From NCBI GenBank assembly GCA_963782115.1, contig CAWAIK010000001.1, positions 736,001 through 800,000 on the forward strand: a DNA stretch of 64,000 nt, given 5' to 3'. The notes beneath the pieces are model-generated. The model searched no databases. It worked only from the letters and a program-made list of their open reading frames with translations, and was not told the DNA's origin. Made by a program: the position numbers and the translations under genes. The DNA is from an uncultured Verrucomicrobiae bacterium (lineage in GTDB: Bacteria > Verrucomicrobiota > Verrucomicrobiia > Chthoniobacterales > JAFAMB01). This document shows, piece by piece, positions 52,998 through 63,002 of this stretch (positions within the stretch are counted from its first letter, which is position 1; each line of letters starts with the position of its first letter).

Positions 52998-54154
52998 AGC
53001 TACGGGACGAATAGCCCAGAACCGCTCTGCCGCTTCTTTCGTAACGAGTTTGCGGTAGACATCGATCATAACCTGGACTGAGTGCCCGCCTTCTTCAGCG
53101 GTAATCTCGGCGGAGCCAGTAGCTCGGTAACGATAGCTGCAAAAGGAATCCCGTAAGCGATTTTCCGACCACGGCCACAACCCCGCCGCCTTTACCGACC
53201 GCTCCCAAGGGTTCTGGTACGCTACGTTGCCGTTGCATGTTAAAGGGACAATGCGCCCTTGCTTCTTCACGAAGGGAACCAGGAAGGCCATCAGCGCAGG
53301 TTGTACGGGCACTAGGCGACGTTCGCCCGTCTTCGAAATCGACTTCGGAATGTCAATATAAGGTTCGGCGTCGTTTAAAATAAAATGCTTCCACTCGATA
53401 AGGTCCCGCTCCGAAGTGCGCAATCCAGCAAAAATACCGACAGCAATAAAGGGCAATACGGAAGGCTTGGCGGCATCTAAGAGCCGTTTCGCTTCTTCGG
53501 GAGTAAGCGGAAAGGGCGGCGCTTCGCTCTTCTTATTGCGCATGAAGTTTTCCACCTTTTCGAACGGATGCTCGGCGAGCAGACCTTTTCGTACGGCTAT
53601 CCCGTACGCATTGCGGATATAACCGAAAATCTTCATCCTGGTTTTCGGCGCCAAATCGAGCCCTGTAAGCCAGTCCTTTACCTCGTTACCATTTAAGGTC
53701 TTAATTGGGCGATCTCCGAACCGAGCTTCGAACTTCTTCAATTCGGAATCCATCGTTCGCTTATGTCGAAGGGTTGCGCCCTCGTTTGCTCGTCGGAAAA
53801 CGAACTCCTCCCGAACGATCTTGCAAAGTTCAGCAACAGAAACGGAATTCGAAACTTGATTGAGGTGAGCTTTATAAAATCGAACGGCATCACGGATCGT
53901 TTTACCGAACGGCGCTAGTTCCGCTGCGCCTTCTGCCGCCATTACGATTAAAGAGTTGTCCACCTTAGCGGAATCTTGCCCGAGTCGGCGAAGCTTGATA
54001 TTGCGTTCGGTTGCTTCCGCTTGCGCTTGGGTTTTGGTCGGGAACCATGCTCTTTCTTTACCCCGTTTGGCCTTCCGATGATGTACCAATAAAGTTCTCC
54101 GTTTGGTATCGAGGATTTTTTAACTTCGTATTCCGGCTTCGCCTGACGTCCCAT
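52971..54154 (-). pseudogene. Island tyrosine integrase, frameshifted at C4 54061-54064
   Basis: FAGLRTSE, RLRDSFCSY, GHS..V...Y; ATG 54154 in different frame from body. Confidence 0.88.
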
Positions 54155-54299
54155 ACCCCATTATACGGGTAATCAGCTAAAAAAATAAGGCTTTTATAAG
54201 GCCGAAATAACGCTGTTTAGGGCTGTTTTGGGCGGTCTGGGGCTTTAACGATTACAGGATTTCTCCTATAGAGAGCGCATTTTCGAGGGAAAGAGAAAG

Positions 54300-54372
54300 G
54301 GTGGCCGACGGGATTTGAACCCGCAACGTCCGGAACCACAATCCGGGGCTCTACCGTTGAGCTACGACCACC
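54300..54372 (-). tRNA. tRNA-His (GTG), G-1 present, CCA not encoded
   Basis: GGTGGTCGTAGCTCAACGGTAGAGC...CCGGA TTGTGGT TCCGG...GGGTTCAAATCCC...CGGCCACC cloverleaf. Confidence 0.96.
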
Positions 54373-54588
54373 ATGCGAACGCGGAAGATGAAACTAGCGC
54401 AAGTTCGGATTCAGCCAAGCAGATTTTGAGCGGAAGGCGCCTGCCTTGCAGTTCGACATTTCCGTCCGCCGCCCAACCGATTGAGAATAATTGCAATCAC
54501 GTCTCGATCAACTATGATCCAGAGTTGATTTTAAATAGAGACCAATTTTCAGAGTCGCTGCGCCTGGGCGGGCCGGTGGAAGTGAGAT

Positions 54589-55797
54589 GTGGACGGACCA
54601 GATAAATCATTTCGATCTGCGGCTCTGATCCTGATTGGGGTCCTGGCCGTCTTCCCACTTTCAACCGAGCGAGCAGAGGCGCAGTTTTTGTCCCATGATC
54701 ATCCGCTTTCAGGCGGTGAAATCAAGATCGGGATGTCCAACGCGCAAACAGGTCGCATCGGCGCGTTGGGAATTCAAGTTCGGCAAGGATGCCAGGCTTA
54801 CTTTACGAGGGTAAATAAGGAAGGCGGAATTTCCGGCCGACGATTGATTTTAGTGGATTACGACGATCGATACGAACCGGTGGAGACGGTGAGCAACACC
54901 GAGCGCCTCATCGATCGGGATAAGGTCTTCGCGCTGCTGAACTTTCTCGGAACGCCCACCTGCCGGGCCATCCTTCCGATGGTCAACGAGGCCAACATTG
55001 TCCTAGTCGGCCCGATTTCCGGCGCACCAATTTTGCGGCAACCGATGCAGCGCTTGATTTTCAATACGCGCGCAAGTGACGAAGAGGAGGCTGAGACTCT
55101 GGTAGCCCATCTTGTTACAGACCTTGGTTGCAAAAGAATTGCCCTCTTTCGCCAGGATGACGCCTTTGGCGACGCTGGCCGGGTAGCGGTCATTGAAGCA
55201 TTGCGACGGCGAGGATTGGTGTTGGTGAGCGAGGGCGAATACGTCCGTAATTCGGTAAACGCGCCCGAGGCGCTTTATCATATCGCAAAGGCCAAACCGG
55301 ACGCGGTGGTCTTGTTTGGGACGTACAAGCCGTGCGCGGATTTAATTCGAGGAGCGAAACAATTGGGATTGAAGAACACGGTTTTTTGCAATGTTTCGTT
55401 CGTCGGAACGGAGCCGCTGATCAAATACCTGGCAGAGGATGGGGACGGAGTGATCATTTCCCAGGTGATGCCGTCTCCTGATGACGATTCCTTGCCGCTT
55501 GTTCACGATTACCAGGCGGACATGCGCGCTATTGGGCTGACGAATTTCAGTTATATGGGTCTGGAAGGGTACATGAACAGCGTTGTCCTGGTCGAAGGAT
55601 TGCGACGGGCCAGTCAAAATTTGACCGAGGATTCATTGGTTGATTCGCTGGAGCATCTGACGGTCGATTTCCGATCATTTGCGATTCATTTTTCTCCGGA
55701 AACCCGACAGGGCACTCACCAGGTCTTTCTTACGAAGGTCGACCATGGTCGGGCGGTACCGATCGGGAAATTAAATCCAGCTGACTTCGCAAAATGA
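54589..55797 (+). CDS. Periplasmic ligand-binding protein (LivJ/branched-chain amino acid type)
   Basis: Signal peptide, IKIGMS..QTG, N.EGGISGR, DDRYEP, QDDAFG. Confidence 0.9.
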   Translation: MDGPDKSFRSAALILIGVLAVFPLSTERAEAQFLSHDHPLSGGEIKIGMSNAQTGRIGALGIQVRQGCQAYFTRVNKEGGISGRRLILVDYDDRYEPVETVSNTERLIDRDKVFALLNFLGTPTCRAILPMVNEANIVLVGPISGAPILRQPMQRLIFNTRASDEEEAETLVAHLVTDLGCKRIALFRQDDAFGDAGRVAVIEALRRRGLVLVSEGEYVRNSVNAPEALYHIAKAKPDAVVLFGTYKPCADLIRGAKQLGLKNTVFCNVSFVGTEPLIKYLAEDGDGVIISQVMPSPDDDSLPLVHDYQADMRAIGLTNFSYMGLEGYMNSVVLVEGLRRASQNLTEDSLVDSLEHLTVDFRSFAIHFSPETRQGTHQVFLTKVDHGRAVPIGKLNPADFAK

Positions 55798-58700
55798 GCC
55801 GCGGCGAAACGGGCATGCATACTGAGGCTCTAACGAAGGAGAGCGATGAATTGTTGGCCTCGCGTGGATTGACCATCCGATCGAAGCTGCTGCTTTTTAC
55901 GACAGGGATTGGCTTTCTGATCCTGGCGGCACTCGCGATTACGGCGTTTTTTTTATCGGCGATCGCACTTCGAAAGGCGAGATTGGACGGCTTCCAATCG
56001 CTGAGAACCTCTTTGTCCCAAGCAATCAACACGTTATTTGCTGAGCAACGTCGAGATGTGACCGCTCAGGCTGAATTGCAAACGGTTCGCTATGCTGTAA
56101 CCGAATTGTCATCCGGGTACGAGCATTTGATTGAAGACCTCGATGCCGCGGGTTTCAAAGTGGATCCGGTGTTCCTCAGCGAGATCCGCCAAAGTCTCCG
56201 TGAGGCCTATGAGCGCGGGCCGATGGCCGATTTGCAGAGTCTCGGTGAATCGGTGGGGGACTTCGACGAATTCAGTGACCTCAGCCCGGTTGCCTCGATT
56301 TTGCAATATGTTTACATCCTGAAAAATCCCGCAAGTCCGGGATTCAAATTCCAGAAAAACTCGGTGTTGGATATCTCGAAAAACGAGAATCTTCCCCCGG
56401 ATTTTCGGAACGCCTTTTCCAAAACGATGTTCGCTCGGGCGATGGACCGGTATCATGGATTGTTTGAGACGGTGGTCCGGCGAAACAGCTACTTCGATCT
56501 GATGTTAGTCGATGACCTCGGCAACGTCGTTTACACATTCGAAAAGGACTGGGATTTCGGGACGAACGTTTTCAAGGGCTGGCGATCACATTCACAGCTC
56601 AAGAAGGTGTTTATGGGCGCATGGTACGGATCCAGTCCTACCGCGGACCGTACTTTGGGTGATGACGTTGTGATAACCGATCTAGAACGTTATCCAGGAG
56701 CATACGGATCACCGATGCTGTTCTTGAGCTGTCCAATTAACAATCGGCTAGGCGGCCGATTGGGAGTTGTCGTTCACAAGATCGCCAGTAGCACGTTCAC
56801 TGATCTGGTCACCTTTCAAGGGCGTTGGTCCGCGGTCGGGCTTGGCGAAACCGGAGAAGCTTATATCGTGGGCCCGGACCTGAAGCTGCGGACAGAATCT
56901 CGTTTCGTAAAAGAGATGCCCGCCAAGATGAAGTCGTTGTCTTTCGAGCCGGACGGTGCACCTGGACCTCTGACAACGGTTCTCGGCGGACCGTTGCACA
57001 ACAAAGCGGTGGAGAATATCTATTCGGACCAAGTCTTATCGAACGAAGGCGAAGTAACATTCTTTGACGATATCGGCCGGGAATCGCTCGGGGTGTATGA
57101 GCAACTTGGGACTGCGGGCCTGGACTGGGGATTGGTCATTACCATCAGCACCGATGAAGCGTTCGCGCCGGCCGTTCACCTGACCCGGCTAATAGCGTTT
57201 GGCGGCTTTGTCATCTTGATCTTCGCAATTCTGGCCGCCCTTACATTTGGGCATCTCCTGTCCAGGCCGATCGTTCAATTGGTCAATACCGCGGAGAGAA
57301 TCGGGTCCGGCGACCTTGCGGCACGGGCGCCGATCTCCAGCAAGGATGAAATCGGATTTCTGGCGGAGCGGTTTAACTACATGATTGACCAACTCGAAGA
57401 GCGGAACCGCCATGTTCATAAGATCCTCGAGACGGTCAATGAGGGCTTGTTCCTGATGGGTCCCGATTTCATCATTCAAGCCGGCTACTCCAAAATCACC
57501 GAGGCTATCTTTCAGCGGAAAATTGATGGCATCTCCTTCCTCGATCTTTTCCGTCCGGCTCCGGAATCAGGGCTTCAGCCGATCGTCAGCGATGAAACAT
57601 TAGTAGCAACCCAGCATTATCTTGAGCTCCTCCTAAACCCTCGCATCAAGGAAAAGCTGATTCAGCAGACCAACCCCTTGGTTGAAATCGAGTATAAGGT
57701 GCTTCGGCCGAACGGGGCACAGCATGGCAAGTTTTTGGAATTTAGATTTAACCGGGTGGTCGAAGGGGGCAAAACGACACAGATCATGGTGACGGTGCTC
57801 GATTCAACCTCTCGCATCGCCCTGACCCGGCAAATCACGGAGAACGAGACAAAGGCTAAATCTCAGATTGAAATGCTATTTGGAATCATGCACTTGGATC
57901 CCCCGATTCTTGCAGAGTTTTTGAATCACGCCAAGTCCGAGGTAACCGTGATGCTCAATCTTTTGGAGGCGGAGCAATTTGGGAGTCACGCCGGTGAGTC
58001 GGGCAGCGAGCGCTCCGACCGATACCTGAGGTTGCTGCAAAAAATCTCGAGATCGATTCATTTGATCAAAGGAAACGCGGCAATGCTTCGGCTTTCGTAT
58101 TTTGAAGATCTGGCAAACCGGCTCGAGGAAAAGATTGCCACGGTGCGAGGCGGATCGCCGCTTAGTGGAGAACAATTCTTGCCGATTACGACCGGTTTGG
58201 CGTCGCTCCTGGACCAGATTGGCATGACCCACGATTTGATCAGCCGGCTGCTATCAATGCAAAAGGTCTTCGGAAAAGATGCCGGAGAAAGCGGTCAGAC
58301 CGATTTCGCGCCGCTTGTCGAGCTCGCGGAAGAGGTTGCGCAGCGCAATGGAAAACAGGTTCGAGTTGATCTTCAGATTAAGGATGGTCTTGCTCGTTTG
58401 CCGAATCCTTTGCGTGAGCCAATCCAGATGATGATGACCCAATTGGTCAGAAACGCCGTCCTCCACGGAATTGAATCCCCTTCTGAACGGCTGGCTGAGA
58501 GAAAACATCCAGTTGGTGATATACAGATTTACGCTTATCGCCTCACCGAGGATGAGAGAAAAATTATTTTGGCCGTGCGTGACGACGGACGTGGGATTGA
58601 CTATCAATTAATGCGACGTCGTGCTGTACAATTGGGTTATGCTAGCGTGAAAAGTATCGAAGCTTGGACACAACAGCAGTTAAATAATCTTTTGTTCGAA

Positions 58701-58859
58701 ACCGGCTTCACTACCATGGACCGGCCGACGATGGATGGAGGTCGCGGTGTCGGACTGGATGCCGTGAGAGATTTGACCGCAAAAATGGGCGGCTTGCTGA
58801 ATGTTTCCTCCAAACAAGGTCAATTTTGTGAGTTCCGATTAGAAATCCCGGTGGCATGA
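55794..58859 (+). CDS. Membrane sensor kinase: Cache-like/HAMP/PAS-like/Hpt/CheA-type HATPase, no CheW domain
   Basis: Two TMs, GETGEAY, DEIG.LA..FN, IHLIKG, RNAVLHGIE, DDGRG, GRGVGLD. Confidence 0.9.
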   Translation: MSRGETGMHTEALTKESDELLASRGLTIRSKLLLFTTGIGFLILAALAITAFFLSAIALRKARLDGFQSLRTSLSQAINTLFAEQRRDVTAQAELQTVRYAVTELSSGYEHLIEDLDAAGFKVDPVFLSEIRQSLREAYERGPMADLQSLGESVGDFDEFSDLSPVASILQYVYILKNPASPGFKFQKNSVLDISKNENLPPDFRNAFSKTMFARAMDRYHGLFETVVRRNSYFDLMLVDDLGNVVYTFEKDWDFGTNVFKGWRSHSQLKKVFMGAWYGSSPTADRTLGDDVVITDLERYPGAYGSPMLFLSCPINNRLGGRLGVVVHKIASSTFTDLVTFQGRWSAVGLGETGEAYIVGPDLKLRTESRFVKEMPAKMKSLSFEPDGAPGPLTTVLGGPLHNKAVENIYSDQVLSNEGEVTFFDDIGRESLGVYEQLGTAGLDWGLVITISTDEAFAPAVHLTRLIAFGGFVILIFAILAALTFGHLLSRPIVQLVNTAERIGSGDLAARAPISSKDEIGFLAERFNYMIDQLEERNRHVHKILETVNEGLFLMGPDFIIQAGYSKITEAIFQRKIDGISFLDLFRPAPESGLQPIVSDETLVATQHYLELLLNPRIKEKLIQQTNPLVEIEYKVLRPNGAQHGKFLEFRFNRVVEGGKTTQIMVTVLDSTSRIALTRQITENETKAKSQIEMLFGIMHLDPPILAEFLNHAKSEVTVMLNLLEAEQFGSHAGESGSERSDRYLRLLQKISRSIHLIKGNAAMLRLSYFEDLANRLEEKIATVRGGSPLSGEQFLPITTGLASLLDQIGMTHDLISRLLSMQKVFGKDAGESGQTDFAPLVELAEEVAQRNGKQVRVDLQIKDGLARLPNPLREPIQMMMTQLVRNAVLHGIESPSERLAERKHPVGDIQIYAYRLTEDERKIILAVRDDGRGIDYQLMRRRAVQLGYASVKSIEAWTQQQLNNLLFETGFTTMDRPTMDGGRGVGLDAVRDLTAKMGGLLNVSSKQGQFCEFRLEIPVA

Positions 58860-59215
58860 AACTTCTTATCGTTGATGACTCGAGCGTTGTTCGAAGAGCA
58901 ATTGAGCGAGATCTGGAATCTGGGGATATCACGGAGGTAGATCAAGCCGCCACCGGGGAAGACGCAGTGAGATTGTACGGGACCAAACTGCACGATGTGG
59001 TAACTCTGGATATCACCATGCCGGGTATGGACGGTTTGACCTGCCTGGACAAGATAATCGAGATCAACCCTGAGGCGCGGGTGCTGATTATTTCGGCTTT
59101 GCGGGATAAAGCCACGGCGATCGATGCCATCAAGAGGGGAGCCAGCGGCTTTCTTTGCAAACCGATTAATCCATCGGAATTGAAGGAGGCATTCGAGTTG
59201 CTCATCGAGGACTGA
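58856..59215 (+). CDS. CheY-like single-domain response regulator
   Basis: IVDDS, LDITMPGMDG, KP. Confidence 0.92.
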   Translation: MKLLIVDDSSVVRRAIERDLESGDITEVDQAATGEDAVRLYGTKLHDVVTLDITMPGMDGLTCLDKIIEINPEARVLIISALRDKATAIDAIKRGASGFLCKPINPSELKEAFELLIED

Positions 59216-59221
59216 CGCGAC

Positions 59222-59668
59222 ATGAACGACGAAGATATCCAGGTATTTATCACCGGTGTCCGGCGATATTTTGAATCCCTGAGGAAGGATCTTAAGGTCG
59301 TTATTGAACCGCCATTCATCAAGGACGAAGAGAAGCCGTTTCTGGAATATACCGGGATCATCGGCATTTCGGGTAAAGCGCGAGGCGCGGTTTGTTTTAC
59401 TGCGAATAGTGTGATGCTGGAAAATATTCTGCGGTTCCTCAATGAAGCTCCAATCAATGGTGAACTAATTTGCGACCTTGTAGGAGAAATTGCCAACACG
59501 CTGAGCGGAAACGCCCGCGAGGAGTTCGGTCGAGACTTTTTAATATCGGTCCCGATCGTTTCTACTGGCGGCAACGTCCGTTTTCAATTTCCGCAGGATA
59601 GCCGCAATTACGTGATTCCGATCATCTGGCAGGAAGAAAAGGCGTATTTGCTGGTCTGTCTAACCTGA
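59222..59668 (+). CDS. cheX: CheX-family phosphatase
   Basis: TGIIGISG, DLVGEIANTLSGN, ISVP. Confidence 0.88.
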   Translation: MNDEDIQVFITGVRRYFESLRKDLKVVIEPPFIKDEEKPFLEYTGIIGISGKARGAVCFTANSVMLENILRFLNEAPINGELICDLVGEIANTLSGNAREEFGRDFLISVPIVSTGGNVRFQFPQDSRNYVIPIIWQEEKAYLLVCLT

Positions 59669-60050
59669 AAAATTTAGTCGGAAAAGCGTGCAATTTCTTC
59701 GAGGTGCGACTATTCCAAGGCTGCGATGCCAGGAAACAGGAGTTGCCCTACCCCAGGGGTTTTGTTCGTATTTAAACGTTAAATCCCACACTGCAAACGA
59801 CTTGCGCAGCGAGACTGGAGAAGGAATCGTTCCTGACGCACCAAGGATTTCTTTCGTCTCATAAAATGACGGAGAAAGTTAGAAACTTTTGAACAGCGGA
59901 GAACGTAGCCTGTCTATATTCTTCGGTTAAGGCGATTCGGGTTTGCGCACGGATCTCTCGACTTCTACTCCTTGGCGTGCGCAGCCCGGATCATTTTTTT
60001 TTGACCGACCTTGATGGTCCGGGAGCCATTAGTGTACTCTGAGGGTTCGA

Positions 60051-60740
60051 ATGGCTGATACAATTCTCGTTGTCGAAGATGAACCCGATGTCGTTGACTT
60101 GATCCGATACCATCTTCGGCGGGCGGGTTTTGATGTGCTGACTGCTTTGAACGGTCCGGCCGGCCTGGCAACCGCCGCTGAATCTCGACCCGATGCGATT
60201 GTCCTTGATATCATGTTGCCTCAGATGACCGGTATCGAAGTCTGCAAGGCTCTGCGCGAGACGGACGAAACCACGGATATTCCGATCCTGATTCTCACTG
60301 CCAAGGCCGAGATTTCAGACCGGATTGCGGGCCTTGAGCTGGGAGTGGACGATTATATCACGAAACCGTTCAGCCCGCGCGAGTTGGTTTTGCGCGTCCA
60401 AAACTTGCTCCGGCGGCTGCGAGTGGTGCGGAATTCGTCTGTTCTGATCGCGGATGAATTCTGTGTGGACAAGGGGAAACTGGAGATCACCATCCGCGGC
60501 AGGCGGTTGGATCTCACGACCACGGAATTCAAACTGCTCGCCGCGCTGGTTGAGCATAGAGGCAGAACTCTCTCCAGAGAAACTCTTTTGCAGGATGTTT
60601 GGGGTTATAAAAATGCAATCGATACTCGTACGGTCGATACGCATGTCAGACGGCTTCGTGAAAAGCTGGGACAGGCTGCCGATCGAATTGTTACGATGCG
60701 AGGCGAGGGCTATAGATTTCTCATTAATCACTCAGTGTGA
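60051..60740 (+). CDS. phoB: OmpR/PhoB-family response regulator
   Basis: REC + winged helix, TRTVDTHVRRLREKL; symbol inferred from PhoR-like partner. Confidence 0.8.
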   Translation: MADTILVVEDEPDVVDLIRYHLRRAGFDVLTALNGPAGLATAAESRPDAIVLDIMLPQMTGIEVCKALRETDETTDIPILILTAKAEISDRIAGLELGVDDYITKPFSPRELVLRVQNLLRRLRVVRNSSVLIADEFCVDKGKLEITIRGRRLDLTTTEFKLLAALVEHRGRTLSRETLLQDVWGYKNAIDTRTVDTHVRRLREKLGQAADRIVTMRGEGYRFLINHSV

Positions 60741-62014
60741 TAATTGGGTGGTTGATTGTCTGGCTCGTCTTGTTAGGCATTCTCAGCCTGGTGGCAATCA
60801 CTCTTTGGCGGCGCCTTCTGCTCTTGCGCCGCGAAGTCCGGAGCCTGCTTGTGGACGGAACACTTTCTCATCAAGTTGCGTCTCCCCGCATCGTGCAGGA
60901 AATTCATGACGACTTGAAGGAGATCGCGCGCCAACAGCGACAGAATGCGCGACACCTCGCGGACGAGGATTTCAGCCTGCGGGCTATCCTGGCAAGCATG
61001 GTGGAGGGTGTTCTGATCGCGGATAGCAACCTGGAGATCCGACTGGTGAATGAACGTCTCCAACAGATGTTCTCTTTACCCAAGTCCCCGATCGACCGCA
61101 CGGTGATGGAAGCCTTCCGCAACCACCTCGTGCACCAGGTAATTCGGCAATCGCTCGATACAGGGGAACCGCAATCGGCAGAATTACAAGCGGAGATCAG
61201 GGACGGAGACCAGTTCCAGCTGAAACATTTTCAAATAACCTCCGTCAGTCTTCGTCCGCGTGAGCCGGAGTCGCTGACCCGAGCGTTGGTGATTTTTCAC
61301 GACGTCAGCCAGATCCGGTCGTTAGAGGCGGTCCGGAAAGAATTTGTGGCGAATGTCTCCCACGAGCTGCGAACCCCTCTATCAATTATTACTGGCTATC
61401 TTGAAACGCTCATCGACGGGGGGGGTGATCGGGAGACCAATCTCCGCTTTCTGCGGACGATGCACAAACATGCTCAGCGGCTGAATCTGCTGATCGAAGA
61501 TCTTCTTACGCTATCCCAATTGGAGTCCCGGAAAATCAGTCTCCATCTCGAGCCGGTGGATCTGTCGAAAAGCATTGATCGGGTTCTGGAGCAGTTGGAT
61601 TCGCGTATTCGTGAGAGCGGCGCGGCAGTGACGACTGCCGTTCAGCAGCATCTGCCGCGAATCGAGGTCGATGCGTTCCGAATCGAGCAGGCACTTTACA
61701 ATCTGCTGGACAATGCTCTGAGGCATAGCGGCAAACCAGGAGCCAAAATCATCGTGGAAGTTCGCAGCGAGGCAACGGCCATTATGGTGAGCATCCGCGA
61801 CGATGGCGTCGGTATCCCATTGAGCGACCAACCGCACATCTTCGAGCGTTTTTACCGTGTCCATAAAGACAGATCGCGAGACGCAGGCGGTACCGGCCTT
61901 GGTCTATCAATAGTCAAACACACGGTGCAAGCACACGGAGGATCGATCGCGGTCCAAAGCAGCCCAGGCGCAGGAGCAACTTTTGTGATGAGTCTCCCTC
62001 TCAGCCAGAACTGA
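60737..62014 (+). CDS. phoR: PhoR-like histidine kinase
   Basis: TM-PAS, RKEFVANVSHELRTPL, IFERFYRV.K.RSR..GGTGLGL. Confidence 0.82.
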   Translation: MIIGWLIVWLVLLGILSLVAITLWRRLLLLRREVRSLLVDGTLSHQVASPRIVQEIHDDLKEIARQQRQNARHLADEDFSLRAILASMVEGVLIADSNLEIRLVNERLQQMFSLPKSPIDRTVMEAFRNHLVHQVIRQSLDTGEPQSAELQAEIRDGDQFQLKHFQITSVSLRPREPESLTRALVIFHDVSQIRSLEAVRKEFVANVSHELRTPLSIITGYLETLIDGGGDRETNLRFLRTMHKHAQRLNLLIEDLLTLSQLESRKISLHLEPVDLSKSIDRVLEQLDSRIRESGAAVTTAVQQHLPRIEVDAFRIEQALYNLLDNALRHSGKPGAKIIVEVRSEATAIMVSIRDDGVGIPLSDQPHIFERFYRVHKDRSRDAGGTGLGLSIVKHTVQAHGGSIAVQSSPGAGATFVMSLPLSQN

Positions 62015-62168
62015 CAAAGGATAGCAGCAGAGTGCATCGGCGGTCGGATCTTACGAAACTAAAGCAAGGCGTTTTCGCGTTGCTTTGTCAAAGCCGCGCA
62101 AACCGGGAATGGTTCGCCTGTCATCTCCGCGGATACGCTCCGCCGCAGGCCTATGCTACATTGTCGAC

Positions 62169-63002
62169 GTGCAAACCCCAAAGCTGGATCCAGTCGATAT
62201 CGCTCTCGCCGAAGATGTCGGCAGCGGCGACCTGACCTCCCTCTTTTTTATCCCGGAGACGCGTGTTTGCAAGGGGCGGATTTTCGCGAAGGAAGCCTGC
62301 GTAATTGCCGGGGTGGAGGTTGTTCAAAGAATTTACCGCAAGCTCGATCCGCGCCTGGAGATTCTCATCTTGAGGCAGGATGGATCTGTCGTGAAACCAG
62401 GCGAAACGGTGATCGAATTGTCGGGTTTAACCCGAACTATTCTGACCGGCGAGCGCGTTGCTCTGAACTTCATTCAGCGTCTTTCGGCCGTCGCAACGTT
62501 GACAGCTCGGTTCGTTGAGGCTGTGCATGGCACGCAAGTCACAATTCTGGATACGAGAAAGACCACCCCTGGCCTTCGCGCCCTGGAAAAAGCCGCGGTA
62601 AAGGCCGGCGGAGGACAGAATCATCGGATGGGTCTCTTCGACGGGGTCATGGTGAAGGACAATCATCTCCTGGCCAAACCGGAACTTCAGAAGGCAATAC
62701 TTTCGATTCGCGCGATCTATCCCAAAATCTTGATTGAAGTGGAAGCTGATTCCGTTGATCAGGCGCGCGACTTTGTAAATCTGCAGGGGATCGACGTGAT
62801 CCTGCTCGACAACATGTCTCCAGATCAGTTGCGTACGTGCGTGTCACTGAGAAAGCCAGGCCTCAAATTTGAAGCCAGTGGTGGTGTCTCTCTGGCGACC
62901 GTCCGCCAGATCGCTGAGACCGGCGTCGATTTTATTTCGGTCGGCCAACTGACCCATTCCGCCAGGGCAATCGATTTCTCTCTGGAGTTATGGGATGCGT
63001 GA
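62169..63002 (+). CDS. nadC: Quinolinate phosphoribosyltransferase
   Basis: ALAED...DLT, DTRKTTPG, HRMGL.D, KDNH, LLDN, EASGG. Confidence 0.96.
   Translation: MQTPKLDPVDIALAEDVGSGDLTSLFFIPETRVCKGRIFAKEACVIAGVEVVQRIYRKLDPRLEILILRQDGSVVKPGETVIELSGLTRTILTGERVALNFIQRLSAVATLTARFVEAVHGTQVTILDTRKTTPGLRALEKAAVKAGGGQNHRMGLFDGVMVKDNHLLAKPELQKAILSIRAIYPKILIEVEADSVDQARDFVNLQGIDVILLDNMSPDQLRTCVSLRKPGLKFEASGGVSLATVRQIAETGVDFISVGQLTHSARAIDFSLELWDA

Larger units (their letters stand above)
1..54299. mobile_element. Genomic island integrated at tRNA-His (left boundary outside window)
   Basis: Tyrosine integrase directly downstream of the tRNA 3' end. High density of IS, pseudogenes and orphan ORFs to the left versus intact housekeeping genes to the right. 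No second copy of the tRNA 3' end seen in the window. Confidence 0.75.
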
